A DNA stretch of 64,000 nt from an uncultured Armatimonadetes bacterium (GTDB lineage: Bacteria > Armatimonadota > UBA5829). The position numbers and the translations under genes are program-made. The DNA lies in NCBI GenBank assembly GCA_963711155.1, contig CAVQDB010000003.1, positions 97,358-161,357 on the forward strand, in the 5' to 3' direction. The number at the start of each line of letters is the position of its first letter. The first letter of the stretch is position 1. Shown here piece after piece: positions 42,331 through 53,348 of the stretch. The notes under the pieces are model-generated. The model had not been told where the DNA came from. It ran no database searches and saw nothing but the letters and a program-made list of their open reading frames with translations.

Positions 42331-43086
42331 TCACTGTTCAGTGGATTCGGTGGTAGTGCTGACGGAACCAAAAGTGCCGCCTGCGCTGCCTGAGATTGAG
42401 AAGACTCGCCCGGAGGAGCCTTCGGCGGCCGCCGGAGTGGAATCCTCGGCGGCGACGAGAGGCTTCGAAAGCTCCGGCGTACCGCTCGACGAGACAGTCG
42501 AGCGGTGGCCGTCCTTGCCCCAGGTGTAACGGAAGTCGTAGACGCCGGTGCTGGTGGAGTAAGTGGCGCCGCCGTCATCGGCCTGGTTTGCGGCGAGGTA
42601 GTCCAGTACGAACGCCGACATCATCGCGGTCAGCTCGGCCTTGAGCACCCAGCCATCCTGCTCCTTGACCGTGTCGGAGAACTCCCGCTGCCAGATGGTC
42701 AGCAGCAGGCGATGGTGAGGGTCGCGGTCGATGCCGGCCGTATCGACGAGTTTCGCGGTCAGCCGGCAGAGGAAGCTGTCGTGACTGGTCCTGGTGCAGT
42801 CGACGTCGACCGTGAGCCTCGGCGCGGGCGGCTCCGACCATGGTATGCCCTGCTGGGCGAACTTGAGGCCGATGTTTGTGAGCGGCTGCTCGACGATGTT
42901 GGAAATGTCGCTCGTTCTTAGGCCTGGGAACTGGTGGAACTGGAACGGGCCGCTCTCCACCGAGACCGCGATCTCCTTGAGGCCGTGGAGTCCGCCGAGG
43001 TATTTGCCTGCCCGCACACCCGCCGACGACGCCACGCAGAGGAGAAGAAGCAACGTTACGACTACCGCAGTTCTAGCGCATTTCAT
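42331..43086 (-). CDS. hypothetical secreted protein (251 aa)
   Basis: RBS GGAGG, then MKCARTAVVVTLLLLLCVASSAGVRA. No family recognised. The ORF-track start at 43413 is an upstream artefact. Confidence 0.45.
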   Translation of the reverse strand: MKCARTAVVVTLLLLLCVASSAGVRAGKYLGGLHGLKEIAVSVESGPFQFHQFPGLRTSDISNIVEQPLTNIGLKFAQQGIPWSEPPAPRLTVDVDCTRTSHDSFLCRLTAKLVDTAGIDRDPHHRLLLTIWQREFSDTVKEQDGWVLKAELTAMMSAFVLDYLAANQADDGGATYSTSTGVYDFRYTWGKDGHRSTVSSSGTPELSKPLVAAEDSTPAAAEGSSGRVFSISGSAGGTFGSVSTTTESTEQ

Positions 43087-43267
43087 CTCGATCCCTCCAG
43101 AGTCAGATTCCCTTCCACCCTCTGGCGGCTGCGCCTGCTGGTCCGGTTGACGCTTCGTATACCGGTCAGACGGCGGGCGGCGGGGAATTGTTCCCGCGGG
43201 CACCCGGCGACTGAAGTCGCGGCAACGAAGGCGCGAAGTCCCCCCTCGGGGACTGGGGCTGTGGCGA

Positions 43268-43645
43268 TCAGTACGTCTTCTGCTGGTAGGACTCCTTGCG
43301 GAAGGCGAGGTAGCCCATGTAGATAAGGTTGACGCCGGGGATGACGATGAGGTACTTGCTCGCGTCGTCGACTCCCAGGGCGTTGGGCAGGCTGAGCATG
43401 AGATAGAGGACAACGATGCCGCCGATATACGGAACGAAGCACGCCAGGACCAGCCAGCCCGTTTGCTCGGTCATCTCGCAGAGGAGCCAGAGGTTGGCAA
43501 TCGGAACCCACGCCATCCACGCGCTGTCGTCACCCACCTTGCGCGCGATGAGATATGTGCACAGGGCGGGGTATGCGTAGACCAGCGCAATCAGCAGGAT
43601 GAACAGGAACAGACCACCGTCAGAGCTCGATTCGGGCATGGACAC
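43268..43645 (-). CDS. small integral membrane protein (3-4 TM)
   Basis: Hydrophobic segments: LFLFILLIALVYAYPAL; WMAWVPIANLWLLCEM; WLVLACFVPYIGGIVVLYLML. Confidence 0.45.
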   Translation of the reverse strand: MSMPESSSDGGLFLFILLIALVYAYPALCTYLIARKVGDDSAWMAWVPIANLWLLCEMTEQTGWLVLACFVPYIGGIVVLYLMLSLPNALGVDDASKYLIVIPGVNLIYMGYLAFRKESYQQKTY

Positions 43646-43685
43646 CTCCGCGTTGTTGCTCCATTATTCGACGTGGCGTGGCAGA

Positions 43686-43740
43686 ACCCCTTTCATTTTG
43701 GATTTGGGATTTGGGATTTGGGATTTTGGATTTTGGATTG
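43686..43740. repeat. (GGATTT)n / (GGATTTT)n microsatellite
   Basis: ggatttgggatttgggatttgggattttggattttggattggg. Confidence 0.8.
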
Positions 43741-43889
43741 GGCGGGATCCGGGGGATCGCGGGATTCGCGTTTCCATGGGGGCTGGTGGGCGGGAACCGT
43801 CGTCGGTAGGCTTGTGGTTATGCTTCGGGGCGAAAGGCGAGCCCACGAAGCATAGTGAGGGCTGGACGGGCGGTTGGAGGCCGCTCCCC

Positions 43890-44265
43890 CCGGGGCGGGA
43901 GCGGCCGTTGAGGGCGGTGTGCCGAGGCATAGAACACTGTCTTTGAACAGGTTCTCAAGGTCGGCGCCACCATCCTTGCGGAAACGAGCTATCGTGTTGT
44001 GATCTGGCGCAAGACCACCGGCAAGCCAGATGAAGCGAACATCTATGTGCAAACACTCCTCAATCCTCCGGCTGCTTCGGATGCCCTTAGAATACGCGTA
44101 ACCCAAGACCTTCACCATGGTCTTCGGCGAATAGGCTGGGCAGCCCATGTCAGAGTAACGAGACTCCAGGGCTGAATAGTCCAGGTAGTCCATGACCTCG
44201 CTGAACACGCGCACGTCGTTGTCCTGCGGCAGCGCATCCTCGACACTCTGACCATACAACATCAA
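43890..44265 (-). mobile_element. IS5/IS1182-family transposase remnant: N-terminal InsH/DUF772 domain only; truncated pseudogene
   Basis: YSDMGCPAYSPKTMVKVLGYAYSKGIRSSRRIEECLHIDVRFIWLAGGLAPDHNTIARFRK. There is no DDE domain; the ORF then reads through the microsatellite. Confidence 0.6.
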
Positions 44266-44425
44266 CTGGCTCGGTGGCCATCGGCATCTCTTTGAATCGT
44301 GGCACGGCGAATCCCTCCCACAAAGGAGAATTCGCCAGCGCCCAACAATATACCTGTACGTTCACGAGTCTTGAGACAGCCTGTCAAATCCCGAAACACC
44401 GACACCGGAGATTCGGTTATGCATG

Positions 44426-46349
44426 TTACCGGGTGCAATCCGGTGGAGTCAGCATGTTCGCCAGGAGATCCCAGTCGACGCTAGAATGCCTGCCGTCTCT
44501 CGCAAGGCTGTTCCGGATCGTCTGCAAGGACTTGCGGCACCCTGCGGCAATGTCGTGGGCAAGCCGTCCAAATCGGAAGAGGTCGTGGATTCTTCGACCT
44601 TCCGGGGAAGTGTACGACGCTTCGGCTTCACGTTTCTCGTCCGACTTGATCTGTGCAACCAACGCGGCTGCCGACTGCACACCGTGAGGAAGCTCACCGA
44701 CTCGCCAAGGCCGAATCATGTTTCTGAAAGGGTCTTGCAGGCTGGTTACGATGGACATATGTTGCACATACGTGAGCTGCTTGATAAGGCGCCTCACATA
44801 GTACAGCCCTGCAGAGGTACATCTAAGGTGATAATAGCCCGGAACCTCAGCGTCAGTCAGGAAGTCCGCTGGCAGTGGCCCTTGCAGCGAATCCAGTAGC
44901 ACCGCGGCCATCAGCTTGTTAACACACTTCCGCACGGCAGGTTCCGGGTATCCGATAGTCGTAAGGGTGTCGATCACCTCGACGAGTGCGGCCTCGCCTC
45001 CCATCGCATCAATGACCGCCAGAATGCGGGGCATGCACAAGGAGTTGCAGAAATTCGTGCACAGGGTACCCGCCTTCGAATACGTTGAGGACAAGAGAGT
45101 TGTCGTCCCCGAACTCTCTTGGGTACATGTAGTCCCCGCAGATGATCGCCTCCATGAAGCTGCGCCACGATAGCCGCAGGCCATCAGCCCGATCGTAATG
45201 TGCCCTCACCATATCAGCAATCAGTTGAGTCGGAACATGTCCTGAACGCAGCGTATGCTGCAGCATGTTCAGCTGCGTGCGCACGTTCTGGGCAGAGATT
45301 GCGCAGAGCGCCTCCTCAATCTCCCGGATCTTCAGGCTTTCCAGGACTGCCGTAAGGAAATGATCGGGGCGAGTGATGTTCGCCGAGACGCGGTCAGCCA
45401 CTCTGACAGTTGTGGAGGGTGCATGTATGTACTCCGTTGCAGTGTCGGCCCGCCGCCTGAGAACAGAATGGACGTCGGGAGGAAAGAGCTCCTGGTCAGA
45501 CACGCGGTACGCGGCGGGGGCAATCCCAGCAAATGCCAGGGGCCGAGTCGTTTCCCTTACACTGAGGATCACCTTCGCTCCGGGCATCCACGAGAGCTTG
45601 TGGCAGGCGAGCTGGAGAGCCTTGTGTTGTACTTCCACGCTTGCATGGTCCAGGTTGTCCCACACCATGACCGGCTTGTATCCCTGCTTGACCAGGTAGT
45701 TGATGCGCACCCTGTTGAAGTCATGGGGGTCCTCGCGGCGTGGCTTTATGATCTCCTGCTTCTCCCGCTCCGTGTCTGCGGCAGACAGCGGGGCCCAGAG
45801 ACGAATGTAGAACAGCTTGTCAAAGTCACATTCCTCGGTCCACATATTCATGAAGTGCGGAGCGTCCTCAAGCCAGGGAACCTGCCTCCGCAGATCGGCA
45901 TGTGTACGCCGATCCACATCCTGCTCAAGGTCGTTCGGTGATACGGCCGCCTCCGCACAGTCTATGATGATCGGGATGATCTGCTTGAAAAGCTCTGGTT
46001 GCTTCTCCCGCAGGTAGACTTCGAAGAAATGCTTGATAAACGTTGTCTTGCCGCAGCCGATCGGGCCGTAGATCAGGCGAAGACTGCGGCGGCTCCCAGG
46101 GCTCTCAGACGTCAGGAACTCCATTAGCCGCCGTTCAGGGTCTTCTTCTTCCGCAAACGCGCGTGCTCTGCTGTCCCACCGCTTCGCGACATACCAGTCC
46201 TTCTGATGGTCTGCTCGTGGCACACCGTTGAAATCCTCAAACATCAGGCGAAACGCGTTGTCGTACGCATGGAATATGGGATTTCTTTCCAATCGATAGT
46301 CGCGGCCGATCTCAACGTCCGATAGGTAACGCTTCCGCTCCTCGCTCAT
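44426..46349 (-). CDS. P-loop NTPase (about 640 aa; Walker A GPIGCGKTT, Walker B VMVWDNLD) with a long alpha-helical C-terminal region; frameshift near 45100
   Basis: ORFs 45009..46538 (true start MSEERKRYL at 46349) and 44426..45184 are collinear. The composition is AT-richer (K/I/F/Y/N) than the neighbours. Confidence 0.55.
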
Positions 46350-46827
46350 TTGTGTCAACCTCCCAGCACAGGTGGCGTCGCTTCTCCACTCTGCGTGCCC
46401 CAACGTAGTAGGTGTAACGCAGTTCGATCTCATCTGCAAGGTCGGCTCCACGCTGAATTCGGGTGATAGGTATCCGCAGGAACTCGTGCCCGCGCAGGCA
46501 GTAGAGGTCGGTTGGGATCTCGTAGGTGCTGGTCTCACTACGTCTGGACACTACGCAGACAGAACTGACGCATGTCTCAATGGCACCCACGTTATAGAAA
46601 AGAAGCGTTCGCTTGCTGCTTCGCCCGTCAGCTTTGATAATGCCCACAAAACGGGGCGCAGCCTCGCGCAGGTTCATCTGCCAAGCCGAGTACACAGCGA
46701 TGCAAGCGCTAGTAGCGGAAAGTGCTAACCCGGCACTCACCTTGGATAGACCGCACAAGATGTATACGCACACTGCAACCACAACCAACAGTGCGCCAGC
46801 GAAAAGCACGGTGGTGTAGATACGCAC
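46312..46827 (-). CDS. small two-TM membrane protein with an about 120-aa soluble domain, translationally coupled (38-bp overlap) to the NTPase gene
   Basis: MRIYTTVLFAGALLVVVAVCVYILCGL..ALSATSACIAVYSAW. No family recognised. Confidence 0.5.
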   Translation of the reverse strand: MRIYTTVLFAGALLVVVAVCVYILCGLSKVSAGLALSATSACIAVYSAWQMNLREAAPRFVGIIKADGRSSKRTLLFYNVGAIETCVSSVCVVSRRSETSTYEIPTDLYCLRGHEFLRIPITRIQRGADLADEIELRYTYYVGARRVEKRRHLCWEVDTNERGAEALPIGR

Positions 46828-47008
46828 CGTCTCCTCCTCCAGATCCAGGCCTTAGCCCAGTTGCCCGGATGGTATATCCGTATTCGGAGTAGAGTCTATG
46901 AGCTTGCTAACCATTTGTACCCCATTGCTGACATATTGTCAAGGGGCAAGAGAAGCGGCCTGCAAACATGGCGTGAGTTGGAAAGAAAGGGCCCAAACGC
47001 GGCAAGAA

Positions 47009-47041
47009 ATGCCCGTTGCTTAACAGAGAAGCAACGGGCAT
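47009..47041 (-). terminator. hairpin downstream of hydrogenase operon A
   Basis: aatgcccgttgctt aacagag aagcaacgggcatt. Confidence 0.45.
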
Positions 47042-47118
47042 TCACGTGTGGGAGTGGATTCCCCGCCGGAAGGGACAGAACGACATCACTCCTCCCCAGA
47101 CGTCGATTGGGTTGGCGC

Positions 47119-48903
47119 TTACTCCACCTTCACCTTCTTCGCCTCCTCCGCCTTCGCGGTTTTGGTCGCGCGGGGGGTGTAGGTGGTGTGCAGGAGCTCG
47201 TGGCACTTGTGCGAGAGCGGTTCGCCGAGGAACTCCTCGTAGAGCTGCCTTGACGGCTGGGTTCTCGTGCGAGCTTGCGGATCGCCATTGCGCTGCGTCT
47301 TCGGCGTAGATGCCTGCGATGCGCTTTGCGCGGATCTCCTCGTTGGTCGGTTGAGGCTGGCCGCCGCCTCCGATGCAGCCGCCGGGGCAGGCACATGATC
47401 TCGATGAACGCGTAGTCCTTGAACCGGCCGCTCTTGATGCCTTCGAGCACCTCGCGAGCGTTGGCTAGCCCGTGGGCTACGGCTGCCTTGACGGGCAGGT
47501 CGCCGACTTGGATCGTCGCCTCGCGGACGCCCTCCATGCCTCGGACGGCCTCGATGTTCACGTTATCGAGGGTCCTCGCCGGTGATCATCGCGTAGGCGG
47601 TTCGCAGCGCCGCCTCCATAACACCGCCGGTGTTGCCGAAGATGACCGCCGCGCCGGTGGTGATGCCCGAACGGATCGTCGATACTCGCCGTCCTCGAGG
47701 TTCGGCAGGTCGATGCCGGCTTCCTTCATCATGCCGGCGGCCTCGCGGGTGGTGAGGACGTAGTCCACGTCCTTGTAGCCGCTGTCGTACATCTCGGGCC
47801 GGTCGCACTCGAACTTCTTCGCGACACACGGCATGATCGAGACCGAGACGATGTCCTTGGGGTCGATGCCCGCCTTCTCGGCGTAGTAGGTCTTTGCGAG
47901 CGCGCCGAACATCTGCTGCGGGCTCTTGCAGCTAGACACGTGCGGCAGACAGCTCGGGGTAGTAGTACTCGATGAACTTGATCCAGCCCGGCGAGCAGCT
48001 CGTGATCTGGGGCAGCACCCCGCCCTTGGTCACGCGCTCGATAAGCTCGCTGCCCTCCTCCATGATGGTGAGGTCGGCGGTGAAGTCCGTGTCGAAGACC
48101 TTGTCGAAGCCGAGCATCCGCAGCGCCGTGACCATCTTGCCGGTGACGCGGCTGCCGGGCGGCATGCCGAACTCCTCGCCGATGGTCGCGCGAACGGCGG
48201 GGGCGGTCTGCACGATCACGTGCTTGGTCGGGATCGTAGATCGCGTCCCAGATCTTCGGCGCGGGGTCGTTGCCCTTGAGCGCGCCGGTGGGGCAGCGGT
48301 TGATGCACTGGCCGCAGTTGACGCAGACGGCGTCGGCCAGGTCGCCGCCCACTCCGCGGCACGATGATCGAGTCCCAGCCGCGGCCCGCGCGTGCAGCGC
48401 GCCGACGCTCTGGATGTCGTCGCAGGTGCGGACGCATCGTCGCGCAGAGGATGCACTTGTCGGGGTCGCGGATGACCGAGCAGCTGGTGCGTCCATCGGT
48501 CGTAGCTTGCGCGCTCGCCCTTGAAGCGCACGTCCTGGATGCCAAGCTCCTTAGCCAGCTTCTGCAGCTCGCACTTCTGGTTCTTGGCGCAGGTCAGGCA
48601 CTCCTGCGGGTGGTTGGCAAGCATGCAGCTCGACGATCATCCGGCGCGCCTCGCGGACCTTGGGGGTGTGCGTCTGGACTTCCATTCCCTCGGTAACCGG
48701 ATAGCGCAGGCCGCGCAGAGCGTCCGCTGGCCCTTGACCTCGACCGAGCAGATCCGGCAGACGCCGTCGGGCATGAGGTCGGGGTGGTAGCATAGGGTCG
48801 GGATGTAGATCCCGGCCGATGTGCGCGGCCTGGAGGATGGTCGATCCCGGCTTCGGCGCGACAGGTCTGGCCGTTTATTTTGATGTTACTTTAGCCATAA
48901 TTG
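47119..48903 (-). pseudogene. hndD: [FeFe]-hydrogenase catalytic subunit HndD/HydA-like, operon A; at least 5 frameshifts
   Basis: N-terminal MAKVT.. 2Fe-2S ferredoxin region. HydA segments LANHPQECLTCAKNQKCELQ, TSCSPGWIKFIE, VSIMPCVAKKFE and IEIMC-LP (frame lost before GGGQP). C-terminus YEEFLGEPLSHKCHELLHTTYTPR. Confidence 0.7.
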
Positions 48904-48910
48904 TTACCTT

Positions 48911-50543
48911 TCAGCTGATCTGGTGGATGCTGAAACGTTCAGCATGACCCTCTCGCATGAGACGGCTAGCTGCAGTTGACCTCCTCCTGCGACCTTGTCC
49001 ATTGTGCAGACGCCTGCGGGGCAGGTCTTGTCCTTTAGGTGGGCCTTGTATTCCGTCCTCGAACAGCGGCAGGCTGCTCTTGAACGCGACTGCGGCGAAC
49101 TGGCCGAGGCCGCAGTTGGAGACAGCGGCCATCGTGTCGCCGAGGTGACTTCGAGAAGCTGGAGGTCGGCCTCGCTGCCCGCGCCGGCGGTCCACCAGTT
49201 GAAGTGTCTCGAGCATGCGCTTGGTGCCCTCGCGGCACGGCACGCACTGGCCGCAGGACTCGTGATAGAAGAACTGGGCGAGTTCTGCATCAGATCGACG
49301 ATGCACTTGCCCTCGTCGAGCGACGATCAGCGCGCCCGCGCCGGGGCTGAGATCCTCGCCGCAGAGCTTGCGGTCGAGCGCTTCCTCGCCGACGAGCACG
49401 CCGCTGCGGTCCGCCCATCAGCACGGCCTTGAACTTGCGGCCGCTCTTGATTCCGCCGGCCATGTTGAAGATGATGTCGCGCAGCGTGGTGCCGAACGGG
49501 ACCTCGTAGACGCCCGGGATACTGCACGTCGCCGCAGGGCGAGAAGATCTTCGTGCCCTTGCGACTGCGCGGTGCCGATGTCCGGATACCACTCCGCGCC
49601 CTTTGCGATGATGTGCGGGACGTTGGCGAGCGTTTCGACGTTGTTGATGACCGTCGGCAGCGCCCGTGAAGGCCGTAGGTCGGCGGGAACGGCGGCTTCA
49701 TCTGCGACTCGCCGCGCTTGCCCTCGAGGGATTCGAGCAAGCGCGGTTTCCTCGCCGCAGACATAGGCGCCCGCGCCCTTGAAGACCTCGATATCGAAGT
49801 CGAAGCCGCTGCCCATGATGTCGGTGCCGAGCAGGCCCATCTCGCGGGCGACGGCGATGGCGCGCTCGGTGTGCGCGACGCGACTGCTGATACTCGCCGC
49901 GGATGTAGATGTAGCCCTTGCTGCGCGCCGACCGCGTAGCCGGCGATGATCATGCCCTCGATGATCTGGTGCGGGTCGCCCTCCATGATCAGGCGGTCCT
50001 TGAAGTTGCCGGGCTCGCCCTCGTCGGCGTTGCAGACGATGTACTTGCCGTCGCCCTCGGCCTTGGAGGCGAACTCCCACTTCAGGCCGGTCGGGAAGCC
50101 CGCGCCGCCGCGGCCCTTGAGGCCGGACGCCTTGATCTCGGCGATGACCTCGTCGGGCTTCATCGTGGTGAGGGCCTTGCCGACGCGCTTCGTAGCCGCC
50201 GAGCGCGATGTATTCGTCGATGGAGGTCGGGTCGATGACGCCGATGTTCTTGAGAATGACCCGCGACTCGCGCTCCGCGCGGGTGCGGCGGCGGCCTCGA
50301 CGACCTTGGCGGCGTCGCCTTTGTAGACCAGTCGCTTGACCTGGCGGCCCTTGAGCAGGTGCTCCTCGACGATCTCGGGGATGTCGGCGACGGTGACGTT
50401 GGCGTAGGTGACGCCCTCGGGGTAGATGACCAACGCCGGGCCCGCGCCCGGCAAGCCCGAGATCGCCGGTCTCGACGACCTTGATCTCCTTGTCGAGACC
50501 CGCGCTGCTTGATCTCGTCGATCAGAGCGCTGCGAACGGCCAT
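48911..50543 (-). pseudogene. hndC: NuoF-like flavoprotein subunit HndC/HydB-like, operon A; multiple frameshifts
   Basis: [34 protein letters not shown] and HESCGQCVPCREGTKRM, spread over three frames. Confidence 0.7.
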
Positions 50544-50607
50544 CGCGCCCTTGAGAACGGCGGGGGTGCCGGTGTCAACTAATACGTGTGCTCTGTAATA
50601 ATGCCAT

Positions 50608-51122
50608 CTACTTGCCCTCCTTGCCGACGGCAACGGCGGCTCTGTATTTGGCGAGGATCGACGGGACGGCCTCGGGGGTGAGGTTGCCGTAGACGTCGTC
50701 GTTGACCATGATCGCCGGGGCGACGCCGCAGAGGCCCATGCAGCTCACGATCTCGAACGTGAAGTTGCCGTCCTCGGTGGTCTCGCCGGGCTTGACGCCG
50801 AGCGCCTTGGAGATGGCGTCGCGGATGGCCTTGCTGCCCTCGATGTGGCAGGGCGGCGAGTCGCAGAGCCTGATGACGTTCTTGCCGTGCGGCTTCAGTG
50901 TAGAAGAGCGAATAGAATGTCGCGGTGCCGTGGACACTGTCCGATCGGGACGCCCAGCTCAGCGGCGACTGTCTCCATGGCTTCGTTCGATATGTAGCCC
51001 ATCGACGCCTGAAGCTCATGGAGGATAGGAATCAGGTTGGTCTCGGCTCGGCCGCATTTCTCGACGATCTCGACGACCGCGGCCTCGCACTCGACGCAAC
51101 CATTAGAATCACTTGATCCCAC
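50608..51122 (-). pseudogene. hndA: NuoE-like 2Fe-2S subunit HndA/HydC-like, operon A; frameshifted
   Basis: VIRLCDSPPCHIEGS...IVSCMGLCGVAPAIMVND. The N-terminal part is in another frame (50895..51122). Confidence 0.65.
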
Positions 51123-51242
51123 GATTTGCCTCCGATTGTAGTTTCTTTGTTTTCAGTCATATAACATGCCGTCTGCTTTCGGCCCTCAGCGTTCAGCGGG
51201 CGGCGGGAGAATTACGAATTATGATTCACGAATCTGGCTCTA

Positions 51243-51641
51243 TCACAGCAACTGCAGCGGGCAGAAGCGCGAGATGTGCTCGAAATCCTGATCATCTGTC
51301 AGGAGAGCGCAGTTGTGTTCTATGCACGCCGCCGCAATCTGGGCGTCCACGGTCGATACCTGCACACCGTTTGCCCGGCACAGGTTTCTCAGCTCTGCCG
51401 CAGCAATGTAATCATCGCGCTTCAGTATCAGCATTCGGAAAACGTCAAGCTTGCTCTTGACCCGGTCAAAACTGCCAGAACACCTCATACCATGCAGGAT
51501 CTCCTGAAGAATGACGCCAAGAAGGAGAACAGTGTGCCCTTCGCGAAGCAGCTCAGCCACCTTGGCAGCTTGGGCATCCGGCTCGACTCCGCGACGCCTG
51601 AGAGCGTGCGACCAGACAGATGTATCGATGACGATCCTCAT
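51243..51641 (-). CDS. vapC: PIN-domain toxin VapC
   Basis: MRIVIDTSVW...LLTDDQDF, with the PIN acidic residues. It overlaps the upstream antitoxin by 4 bp. Confidence 0.75.
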   Translation of the reverse strand: MRIVIDTSVWSHALRRRGVEPDAQAAKVAELLREGHTVLLLGVILQEILHGMRCSGSFDRVKSKLDVFRMLILKRDDYIAAAELRNLCRANGVQVSTVDAQIAAACIEHNCALLTDDQDFEHISRFCPLQLL

Positions 51642-51838
51642 CGAGCGCGCCTGTCGGCCTTGTAGTCCCAGTCCGGATCGAAGTCGATTGTCCCAAACAG
51701 CTCGATGATGTCAGCCTGAGACTGCATTCTATCTAGCTGGGCTAGCGCTTCGTTGACAGCCGCCTTCTTTGTGCGAAAGCCCCCACGCTTTACAACCTTC
51801 TCCAGCAAGTCCTTGTCAATATCTATGTTGGTATGCAC
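51638..51838 (-). CDS. vapB: VapB-family antitoxin (GTG start)
   Basis: VHTNIDIDKDLLEKVVKRGGFRTKKAAVNEALAQL is a typical VapB N-terminus. The longer ORF-track start is probably upstream read-through. Confidence 0.65.
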   Translation of the reverse strand: MHTNIDIDKDLLEKVVKRGGFRTKKAAVNEALAQLDRMQSQADIIELFGTIDFDPDWDYKADRRAR

Positions 51839-51949
51839 TGCGCTCACCTCTGCACAATTATACCGCAATAGCTGCACATAATCAAGCATATTGCTGCACA
51901 TCGGTGCTTCGTGGTGTGGGGGTCGGACTCGCCCTCGGTGGTTCGGGAC

Positions 51950-53189
51950 TCACGCGTTGTCAGCGTCGGCTGCCAGTTGCCGGCGTGCAGACACGCGCAG
52001 TATCCTGTCCCTGATTCGGGCCGGCCAGTGCGGCTGCATGCACGGTTTCTCGATAGCGACAAACAGAAGCGCGCATACTACCAGTATGGGCACATACGCG
52101 ATCAATGCGAACACGGCCACGTCGATAGCCAGCAGGCCGGTCTTGGGCAGGTGAACGAGGCCGGGCATGATCGCATAGACCACCCTGCCGTGGTAGAGAT
52201 AGAGCGTGTAGCACATCCCTCCGCAGATCACAGGCAAACGCCTGGACATCAGCCAGCTCAGCGTCCTGCCCCGGAACGCTCCGATATACGCCAGCAGGAT
52301 GAGCGCCGGCACGGCAAACTCCCGATAGAAGTGAAACCACAGCACCGGCACAAGGCCGAGCCAGCACAGGCCCGAGATGATGTCCCACGTGATGCCCTTG
52401 GCCGGATTCTGCTTCCAGTCCATCAGGAACACATCCACCAGCAGAAACCCCATTAGGAAGTACCTGCATGCTGTAGACGATGCTCAGTTGAAAGTGACTG
52501 TGGAACCAGCCGCCCTTGGTGATCCAGCACTGCAGGCCACAGAAAACCGCCGCCGTGCCTACGATCGTGAGCCGGCGCGCGAGCTTCGACCGAATCATGA
52601 ACACGGTCGCGATCAGCGGCGCCAGAATGTAGAACTGTACCTCGATCTCCAACGACCACGCCACGATATTGATCGTGCTCATCGACTGATACGCTATGTT
52701 GTGCACGTAGAACATGCTTGCCAGCAGGTGCGGCACGATAGCGCCAACCGGCCTGTGCGCGATCACGATCAGCATCAACGTGAACAGAATCAGATTCGCG
52801 ATATATGGCGGTTCGAGCCTGGTCAGCCTGCGCAGGAAGTACTTGCGCAGCTTCGGCTTGGGCCGTTTGCACAGATGATGCTGCGCAAACGGCAGAGCAA
52901 GCACGAACCCGCTTATGACAAAGAACAATGGAACGCCAATCGCTCCGTTCTGAAACAGCCAGTTCCAGAACCGATTGACTCCGCCCGCCGGATTATACAG
53001 GCCGGGCGCTTTGGCCAGAAGGTCATTGTCGACGTGACACACGACCACGCACGTGACGGCGATGAACCTCAGTCCATCGATCTCTCGCACAAACTGGCCG
53101 CTCGACGTAACCCGAGACAGCTTCTCACACAGCCAGTCGCTCAACCGGCGCATTCTGCCGCCGGACTTGGCTTTCAGATCATCACTCAA
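51950..53189 (-). CDS. acyltransferase family 3 (OafA/YrhL-like membrane acyltransferase); frameshift near 52455
   Basis: REIDGLRFIAVTCVVVCHV, GVPLFFVISGFVL and multiple TM segments, over two collinear ORFs. Confidence 0.6.
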
Positions 53190-53289
53190 CGGTGGCTCCG
53201 GGGTAACAGCGTTAGTCGGTGGTTGCCAGCCATCCGAACATCCTCGATATTACCCGAAAGCCATCAGCTTTGCACAACCCCCCGTTCAG

Positions 53290-53345
53290 GTCAGATTTGC
53301 AATCTGACCTGCATAGGCAACCACGGAATCTGCGATTCCCCTCCC
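53290..53345. repeat. REP-like hairpins on the left flank of the RAYT gene
   Basis: caggtcagat ttgca atctgacctg, and ggaatc tgc gattcc. Confidence 0.6.
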
Positions 53346-53348
53346 CTG

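Noticed and set aside
46861-47253. 130-aa + ORF between the islet and hydrogenase operon A
   Set aside because: It overlaps the C-terminus of hndD-A on the other strand and the terminator hairpin. I see no RBS and no recognisable family.
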